From a virus, in the IMG/VR virus record IMGVR_UViG_3300044709_000119, positions 1-47,688 of that record: DNA of 47,688 nt; one strand, written 5' to 3'. Positions within the stretch are counted from its first letter, which is position 1; every line of letters begins with the position of its first letter. Under the pieces are notes generated by a model. The model made no database searches, was not told where the DNA came from, and worked only from the letters and a program-made list of their open reading frames with translations. Position numbers and translations under genes: made by a program. Positions 41,434 through 47,688 of the stretch are shown here, piece after piece.

Positions 41434-44288
41434 TGGACGACGAATACAAGGACTACGCATCTATGCGCGACGCGATGAGGACAGGGATCCTCGTTGACTG
41501 GCGCACGGGAGCGGAGCACCCGGTCGGCCCCAATGACAAGCGCATTTTGGGCTCGGCCATGGCGCGCTACGAGAGCGTGAACCCAGGCGCACGCGAAGGA
41601 GTTGTTCCGCATGGCGCAGACGAGGCGGCTCCGGATCCGATCGCTGCCGCGCAAGCTGACACGAGTCGGTCTCCGTTCGAGAGCGGCAACACCGTCCCGG
41701 TTGCGCACGCTCCGAAGGCTGGCCCCGCTGGCGCCCCCGGTGACCTCTACTTCGATCCCGATCGCAATGCCGCTGCCAAGGCTTTGGGGCATGCCCCGTC
41801 CCCCGTCGAGCTCGAGGCATTCCAGAACCAGCAATGGAATGACGCGGCAACTCAGGCCGAGTCATCGGGACGCTACGTGGAGCGCGTGCCGTCTACCCTG
41901 GCCGGCTCCCATCTGCCACCTGGATCAAGTTTCGGTGAGCGAGCTCGAGAGAAGGTCCTGAGCGGGCTCGATATCGCCGCAGCTGGCGCGCACGGCGTCC
42001 TTGGTGGCATCGTCCCTGGAGGCGGGAAGCTTGCGGCGGCAGCCATTGGCGGGCCCGAATACGCAGCCCAGGCGCAGGAGAGCGTTTCTCGCCACCCGGA
42101 GGCAGCTTTTGCCGGGTCGCTATACGGTGGCGCAAAGGGTATCGCTACCAAGGCGGCAGGGTCGGCCTATGGGGCCCTTACAAGACTTGGCAGCAAGCTC
42201 GTGCCCAATGCGTCCGCAGCGCTTGGCCTGGCCGGCAGACTGGGCGCAGCGTCAGCCTCTGGGGCAGCTGGCGGAGCGCTCCAGGCCGAAGGTGAGAACC
42301 TGGCGAGTGAGGCGGTCGGCCAAGCTCCAGACCAGAGCGTTGGCCAGATGGCGCTGCTCGGTGGAGCGCTGGGCGGCGGAGCGCACCTGCTTGGCGAGGG
42401 CTTCCGCGCAGGAGCTGGCGCCATCGAGCGAGGGAAGTTCGGGCCTGGTCTCGCCGCTGGCGAAGAACTCGGCGGGAGGCCCACTCTCACCGGCTACAAG
42501 ATGACACCCGACTCCCCGCTCCGTGAGCTTGAACAGGCTCGCGAAGCTGGGCGCCTCGGGTCGACGGCTGACGTAGCGGCGGAGCGATTGGCACCGAAAT
42601 ACGCCGAGGCTGGCGGTAGCATCACCCGAGGAGTGAACCAGGCAGCCTCCACCGAGTCACAGGCGATGCGCGAGTCGCTAGTGCAGCCTGCGCCAGTTCC
42701 GCCGGAGTCTCCGCTGGATGCCAGCGGCGTCGCGAAGTTCCTTGAGCGACCAGCCGTGCCGGACCCGCTGCCTCCAGCGCTCTCGCCGGAACATGCCGAT
42801 GCGGTTGCCAAGTTCACACGAGGGTACGACTCGGCAATTCGCCATCTTCAGGGGGGCGGGACTCGCGAAGAGGTAGAAGCGTGGGCCGCTGCCAATGCGA
42901 AGAAATGGCACTCGGCATCTCCGGCCGAGTACGCCGCCGAGGCCGAGGGGGCCGCTGCTGCGCTCAAGGACGCGCTCGAGCAGCACAGTGCTGGCCTTCC
43001 CACGGTCTACCGCGGCATGGGTCTGGATCCGGCGAAGACCCAAGAGTTCACCGGGTCCCACTCGTTTGGCCTTGGCAACCGCGCGACGTCGACCTCCTTC
43101 GATCCACACATTGCCAGCAACTTCGCATGGGGATCTGAGCCAGCCGGCGTCAAAACGCCAGACATCGTGACGCTGAAACTCAAGGGCGCGCAGGGGATCC
43201 CGGTGGGCGAGTACGGCGATGAACTGTTCCGCGGAGAACGCGAGGCCATCGAGAAGGGCGGTCGCTACAAGGTTACCGGGCGCCACTTTGACGAGTCGGA
43301 TCCGCGCGTGAAGTACGTCGAAGGCGAAGCGGTTGGCCCTGACTACAAGGACCCGACGGTTCCGCAGACCGTGTCCATGGAGCCAGTAATGAAGGCGGCG
43401 GCGGGAGAGCTCCAAGGTCCTAACGTTCTCCCCGATGGGCCGCTCCGGAAGATCCTCCAAACCGTGGTCGAGCGGCCGCAGGTGAATGTCGAGGAATGGG
43501 AGCGCCTGGTTGGCCAGATCGACCAGCTTGCCAAGCTCGACAAGGCGAAGGGCGTCGTGGACCCGCGACTCGCCCGAATCTCAGCAGCGATGCGCGAGAG
43601 CGCCGAGGGATTCCCTGGCCTGAACCAGATGCGCGCAGGCCAGGCGGAGCGCTTCGCTGCCAACGAGAAGACCATGAGCCATGGCGGGCTCCCTCTGCGC
43701 AACAAGGAGGTGCCCGGCTGGAACGAGATGACCGCCGACGAGCAGAAGCACCTGTACGGCGTGATCCGCAACCAGACGGGTGACATCGCCAAGCCACCGG
43801 GGCAGCCCAAGAGCTCAGTGCCGATGGTGCGCCGCGCGATGGACCAGATCGCAGGCTCCGCCGGTCTCCGGCAGGAGCTCGACCTGATCCCGAAGCTCGA
43901 GAGCGTTGACCAGGTTCGCCAGGCGCTGCGCCCCCACGGTCTCAACGCGCGGCTGCACGCCGGTGGTGTCTCCACGAGCGCCATGGGCAAGGCGGCCGAG
44001 TTCGCCGAACTGCGGGGGTATCCCACCATCCGGGCCCTCGGGTCTGTGCCTCCCGACGCCGACCTGTTACAGTTGCTGCAAAAGAGCCCGAACACCATGG
44101 AACTCCTGAAGTCAATGCGGCAAAAGCAACTGGGCGTGCCCCAGTTAGCGAACCGCCTTGGGTTGCGCGGAGGAGTCATCGGCGCTCGTGGCGCGGCGGC
44201 CGTCGGCGAGATCACTGACGAGGATGCGAAGAACCTCTACGAGCTCATGAAGCTGCGCCAGCAGCAGGAACAACAGGCCCAGCCATGA
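41430..44288 (+). CDS. large internal virion (ejection) protein with ADP-ribosyltransferase-like domain
   Basis: 952 aa; Gly/Ala-rich hydrophobic N-terminal third; central TVYRG...ATSTSF...FRGEREAIE (R-S-E motif set). Confidence 0.6.
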   Translation: MMDDEYKDYASMRDAMRTGILVDWRTGAEHPVGPNDKRILGSAMARYESVNPGAREGVVPHGADEAAPDPIAAAQADTSRSPFESGNTVPVAHAPKAGPAGAPGDLYFDPDRNAAAKALGHAPSPVELEAFQNQQWNDAATQAESSGRYVERVPSTLAGSHLPPGSSFGERAREKVLSGLDIAAAGAHGVLGGIVPGGGKLAAAAIGGPEYAAQAQESVSRHPEAAFAGSLYGGAKGIATKAAGSAYGALTRLGSKLVPNASAALGLAGRLGAASASGAAGGALQAEGENLASEAVGQAPDQSVGQMALLGGALGGGAHLLGEGFRAGAGAIERGKFGPGLAAGEELGGRPTLTGYKMTPDSPLRELEQAREAGRLGSTADVAAERLAPKYAEAGGSITRGVNQAASTESQAMRESLVQPAPVPPESPLDASGVAKFLERPAVPDPLPPALSPEHADAVAKFTRGYDSAIRHLQGGGTREEVEAWAAANAKKWHSASPAEYAAEAEGAAAALKDALEQHSAGLPTVYRGMGLDPAKTQEFTGSHSFGLGNRATSTSFDPHIASNFAWGSEPAGVKTPDIVTLKLKGAQGIPVGEYGDELFRGEREAIEKGGRYKVTGRHFDESDPRVKYVEGEAVGPDYKDPTVPQTVSMEPVMKAAAGELQGPNVLPDGPLRKILQTVVERPQVNVEEWERLVGQIDQLAKLDKAKGVVDPRLARISAAMRESAEGFPGLNQMRAGQAERFAANEKTMSHGGLPLRNKEVPGWNEMTADEQKHLYGVIRNQTGDIAKPPGQPKSSVPMVRRAMDQIAGSAGLRQELDLIPKLESVDQVRQALRPHGLNARLHAGGVSTSAMGKAAEFAELRGYPTIRALGSVPPDADLLQLLQKSPNTMELLKSMRQKQLGVPQLANRLGLRGGVIGARGAAAVGEITDEDAKNLYELMKLRQQQEQQAQP

Positions 44289-44671
44289 ACAACATCGCCC
44301 GAATCACCTACACCGGCAGCGCGCTTCCTGGCAATGCCGAGACGGTCGTGTTTCTGAACACCACTGTCTCGTTCCCCGGCGCCTCCTACTGCCCGATGTA
44401 CAAGCTCGGGCGCATCGTACTGGATCTGGTTAACAACCAGGCAGGAACGCTCAACCTGTATCGCTACAACTCCGACCGACTCGCCGCGAACCGCACCCTG
44501 GTCTACACCGCAGCAGTAGCTGCCGTGGCCGGCGCAGTTCTGGTGAACCAATACGACCTACGCATCGGAGAGTACTCTGATTTCTCTCTGGAGTGGCTGA
44601 ACGGGGCCACTCCGCAGACGACGTTCCGGGTCGACTGCGCTCTCTACCCGAGCGGGGTCCCGACGGTCTGA
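44285..44671 (+). CDS. hypothetical virion protein (128 aa)
   Basis: ATGA junction. Confidence 0.6.
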   Translation: MNNIARITYTGSALPGNAETVVFLNTTVSFPGASYCPMYKLGRIVLDLVNNQAGTLNLYRYNSDRLAANRTLVYTAAVAAVAGAVLVNQYDLRIGEYSDFSLEWLNGATPQTTFRVDCALYPSGVPTV

Positions 44672-45429
44672 TGCCGCAATGGCCCACAGGAATTCAGTGG
44701 CCTACCCCGACTGGCCAGTGGCCCGTCCCGGACCCGATCCAGGCCACTACATCGACATCTGTAATCGAGTGGTGGAGGCCAGATCGCGGGCTCGCTGCTG
44801 ATCGCTCCACCTGGGATGGCTACCGAGGAAACGTTGCAGCCCAGGGCACCGCAGGCTCGCGCCCGGCGTTCGAGGCCACTGGCTTCTCTAGCCGCGAGAG
44901 TATCCTGTTCGACGGGGTTGACGACACGCTGGTTGTGACATCCGGCCCGCTCCTCGCAGCCCTGTCCGGCAATGACGTCCCTTTCACCGCCTACACCGTC
45001 TTCGAATTCGTGACACTGTCCGCTCTTGGGACCGTATTCGCCGCCGCCAACAACACAACCACGGCGATCTACCATTGGCAGTACGGCACGGCGACCACGT
45101 GGACATCACAGCGACAAAGCAACGACGTGGCTTCAAATCCATCTGGCGGCACAACCGTGGCTGCCACCAAATACTTCATGCGCCACTACTTCACTGGCAC
45201 AACCACGACGCTACGTGTGAACCAAACCACCGTGATCACGGCCGGGGCCCAGAACAACGCTGCCGCCACCTTCAACAGGTACTCGTTCGGCAGCGTTCAG
45301 ATCTCGGCCCCGGCAGGCTTCTCGAACATCCGCATCGCTGACCATTGGATCGTGGCCGGCCAAGCGAACGCATACGAGGACGCCCTCTACGCAGCTTACG
45401 TGGCTGACCGCTACCAACTTGTGAGCTGA
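44671..45429 (+). CDS. LamG/concanavalin-like tail fibre-associated protein
   Basis: ESILFDGVDDTLVV...FTAYTVFEF...YHWQYG is typical of LamG jelly-roll domains; TGATG junctions on both sides. Confidence 0.5.
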   Translation: MPQWPTGIQWPTPTGQWPVPDPIQATTSTSVIEWWRPDRGLAADRSTWDGYRGNVAAQGTAGSRPAFEATGFSSRESILFDGVDDTLVVTSGPLLAALSGNDVPFTAYTVFEFVTLSALGTVFAAANNTTTAIYHWQYGTATTWTSQRQSNDVASNPSGGTTVAATKYFMRHYFTGTTTTLRVNQTTVITAGAQNNAAATFNRYSFGSVQISAPAGFSNIRIADHWIVAGQANAYEDALYAAYVADRYQLVS

Positions 45430-47688
45430 TGACTGTCTACCAACAGACGGTAAACGTGGGCTCGAGCTTCGAGCAGACGTACCTCTATCTCTACGCCAAG
45501 GTGCCAGTGAACCTGGCGGGCTGGGGAGCGGTGTTTAGGCTGCGCAATGAGGACGGCGCGGTAATTAGCACAGTACGCTACGGTGACACGGGGGATCGCT
45601 CTCTTCTCATCTCCGCGCCGGATGGGCAGATCGATGTCACCATGGTTGCCTCTGCTACGGCCGGGATTACGGCCCGAAGTGGCACATTCGAGCTTGAGCT
45701 TTACGAGCTCATCAACCCAGGGCGCGTTGTGCGCATCGTCGATGGTTCGGTAGCCTACCGCCCACGCGGTCGCGGCGTCCTCGACAACCGCGTTTGCGTG
45801 ATCCAGTCGTCCAGCAACCAGGTGGTAGTAGAGACACAGCGGATCTCGAGCTACGTGCGCATCGACCGTGGCCCACCAGGGGCTCAAGGGTCCGCCGCCC
45901 TCGACAACCAGCTGCCCACCATCGCCGAGGATCCTGCCATCGGCGGCAGTACACTTGCACCAAAAGCAGACCGCCAATACGGGCTCGCCACCCAGTCGCG
46001 CCACGGCTTCATGCGACTCGAGGACAAGACGAGCCTAGATCGCGTCGGGTCCTCTACGGCCTTCTCGCCTGCCCCAGGAACCGACGACACTGGCTCGGGC
46101 GACTTGACAACGCTGAACGCCCTAATAACAGCGGCGGTGGGCAGCGGCACCGACGTACAGCTCCAGCCGGGAAAGTACTTGATCAACGATGAGTGGTCGA
46201 TTCAACAGGTCACCCAGAAGCTAGTGATCCGCGGGGCAGGCTGTGGAAAACTGGATCTGACCAAGGGGACCATTATCGAGTACGTCGGCGGGCGCATCGC
46301 CGGCAAGTCGCTGGTCAATGCGATTGGATCAAATGTCTCGTTCGAGAACATCCACTTCGTCGTTAACCTAGCGGAAAACGCAATCCATCAGCCGATTGGC
46401 ATGCACCAACCCACCGGATGCGTTGTCCAGAACTGCATATTGTCGTCCCGTGACGTTATCGTCGCAACATCGACCACCAATCTGACCGCTGCGCTCGCTG
46501 ACTTCACGCTGGCGGGAGTAGTAGCCACGTCCACGTACCCAATCAGCACCCATGTCGGCAGCTCAACCAGGTCGACCGATTTCCCGGACGACTCTAAGGT
46601 CCTACTCGTTTCTCGCTCCTCTCCGCGCACGCAGATGTGGTGCAAGGTCAAGACCGCGGGTTTCAACCCCGGCGCGCAAACGCTCGCGATTACGGCGCTG
46701 GAGATTTACGACACGGCTGCCCCGGTCGCCCACAACGACTGGGACATCCGCCAGCCTGGTTCGGTGGCCGTTGACTATACTGGCGCCGCCTGCTGCAAGG
46801 TAAAGTCCACATCCTTCGAGGGCTTCTACACCTCCTGGGCAGGGTACGGCTCATTCAGCTGCGTGGTCGACGATGACTGCATAACTGGGCGCCCATGGGG
46901 TCCCCAGTTCACGGCTGACGGCAGCGCGTACGTACCGCGAATCGAAGCCACGGTCGAGCCTAACAATACGACGAACCGAAAGTGGGGAGTGAAGTTTGGA
47001 ACAACATTCCATGCAATCGTCCGTATAACCACTGGTGACCCGGAGCTCTACGGTTCTCCAGTCGAGCTGAATGGCGGCAAGTACACGGTGGTCGAGGGTG
47101 TGCTCATCAGCTCCGGCACGACCGATGCGCTGATCAAGGCTACAGCCACCGAGGGGCTCCATGTGCGCGCAGAGCTGCAAACTCCAGCCGGCGGCAAGGG
47201 GGTGGATTTTACCGGTGGAGGAATCAACCAGCGCGCTACCATTGACTGCCCAGACTTCCCCGTAGCTGACCTAATCCTGGGCACAGCAAACGTCCATTAC
47301 ACCGGGATGTCTCTCGCTGACGACGGGATCTTGCGCGCAACTGGCAGTATCCGGGCGAGCTTCTTCACTGCTGTCAACACGCTTGTCAGGAACTATGACG
47401 CTGGCGCTCCGATCGCACTCGGATCCGGCTCTGTCACAACGCTGTCCGTCGTCAACGCGCTGTCTCTACTCACGACCACGGGGGGCGCCACCGTGCACGG
47501 GGCGTCAATCACGCTGAACGGACAGGAGCAGGTCCTGTTTTATGCCGGCACCCACACGGTAACGTTCGCACATCTGAGCGGCACGCAGCCTGACGCCTTG
47601 CTGAAATTCGTCTGCCCGGGGGCGGTGGACCTAGTGATGCAGCCGCCCCCGTCGGGCGGATTCTGGATGATCCGCCTGATCCCCATCA
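45429..47688 (+). CDS. tail fibre/tailspike with beta-helix domain; ORF runs off the window end and finishes at 435
   Basis: hand translation is open from ATG 45429 to the window end; collagen-like GPPGAQG; LQPGKYLINDEW...LVIRGAGCG...VSFENIHF beta-helix-type rungs. Confidence 0.75.
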   Translation, partial: MTVYQQTVNVGSSFEQTYLYLYAKVPVNLAGWGAVFRLRNEDGAVISTVRYGDTGDRSLLISAPDGQIDVTMVASATAGITARSGTFELELYELINPGRVVRIVDGSVAYRPRGRGVLDNRVCVIQSSSNQVVVETQRISSYVRIDRGPPGAQGSAALDNQLPTIAEDPAIGGSTLAPKADRQYGLATQSRHGFMRLEDKTSLDRVGSSTAFSPAPGTDDTGSGDLTTLNALITAAVGSGTDVQLQPGKYLINDEWSIQQVTQKLVIRGAGCGKLDLTKGTIIEYVGGRIAGKSLVNAIGSNVSFENIHFVVNLAENAIHQPIGMHQPTGCVVQNCILSSRDVIVATSTTNLTAALADFTLAGVVATSTYPISTHVGSSTRSTDFPDDSKVLLVSRSSPRTQMWCKVKTAGFNPGAQTLAITALEIYDTAAPVAHNDWDIRQPGSVAVDYTGAACCKVKSTSFEGFYTSWAGYGSFSCVVDDDCITGRPWGPQFTADGSAYVPRIEATVEPNNTTNRKWGVKFGTTFHAIVRITTGDPELYGSPVELNGGKYTVVEGVLISSGTTDALIKATATEGLHVRAELQTPAGGKGVDFTGGGINQRATIDCPDFPVADLILGTANVHYTGMSLADDGILRATGSIRASFFTAVNTLVRNYDAGAPIALGSGSVTTLSVVNALSLLTTTGGATVHGASITLNGQEQVLFYAGTHTVTFAHLSGTQPDALLKFVCPGAVDLVMQPPPSGGFWMIRLIPI
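47562..47688. repeat. terminal overlap identical to 1..127
   Basis: direct comparison. Confidence 0.9.

Overview
This window is a complete high-GC phage genome. Bases 1-127 are identical to 47562-47688, so the unique length is about 47.56 kb and one tail-fibre ORF spans the circular junction.

Layout:
- Leftward early arm (about 15.1 kb down to 2.3 kb): ERF annealing protein, PD-(D/E)XK exonuclease, ParB-like protein, SF2 helicase, XRE regulator, Ref/HNH-like nuclease, a tRNA-Met-like gene, and many small ORFs.
- Apparently non-coding control region of about 0.8 kb (15.2-16.0 kb) carrying palindromic operators.
- Rightward early genes (16.0-21.6 kb): LexA-DBD-like regulator, Lar-like protein, RusA-like protein.
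- A 26-kb P22-type podovirus structural arm: intein-containing TerL, portal, scaffold, capsid, gp4/gp10-like tail parts, ejection proteins, and several beta-helix tailspikes.

Genes are chained by overlapping ATGA/GTGA/TGATG junctions.

Most unusual observations:
1. A nine-member family of 12-nt-periodic (nnnnnnCGGCTG) cassettes sits exactly at early-gene junctions. Each cassette encodes an (x-x-R-L)n mini-ORF. It also supplies the stop of the upstream gene and the SD and start of the downstream gene.
2. A TerL intein has a central 0.83 kb that encodes an HNH endonuclease on the antisense strand, while the sense frame stays open.
3. A 19-bp TGTCA-N9-TGACA promoter/operator motif occurs seven times, and three copies have a leaderless geometry.
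4. An ADP-ribosyltransferase-like motif set lies in the largest ejection protein.

All functional calls rest on by-eye motif recognition. No database searches were run.
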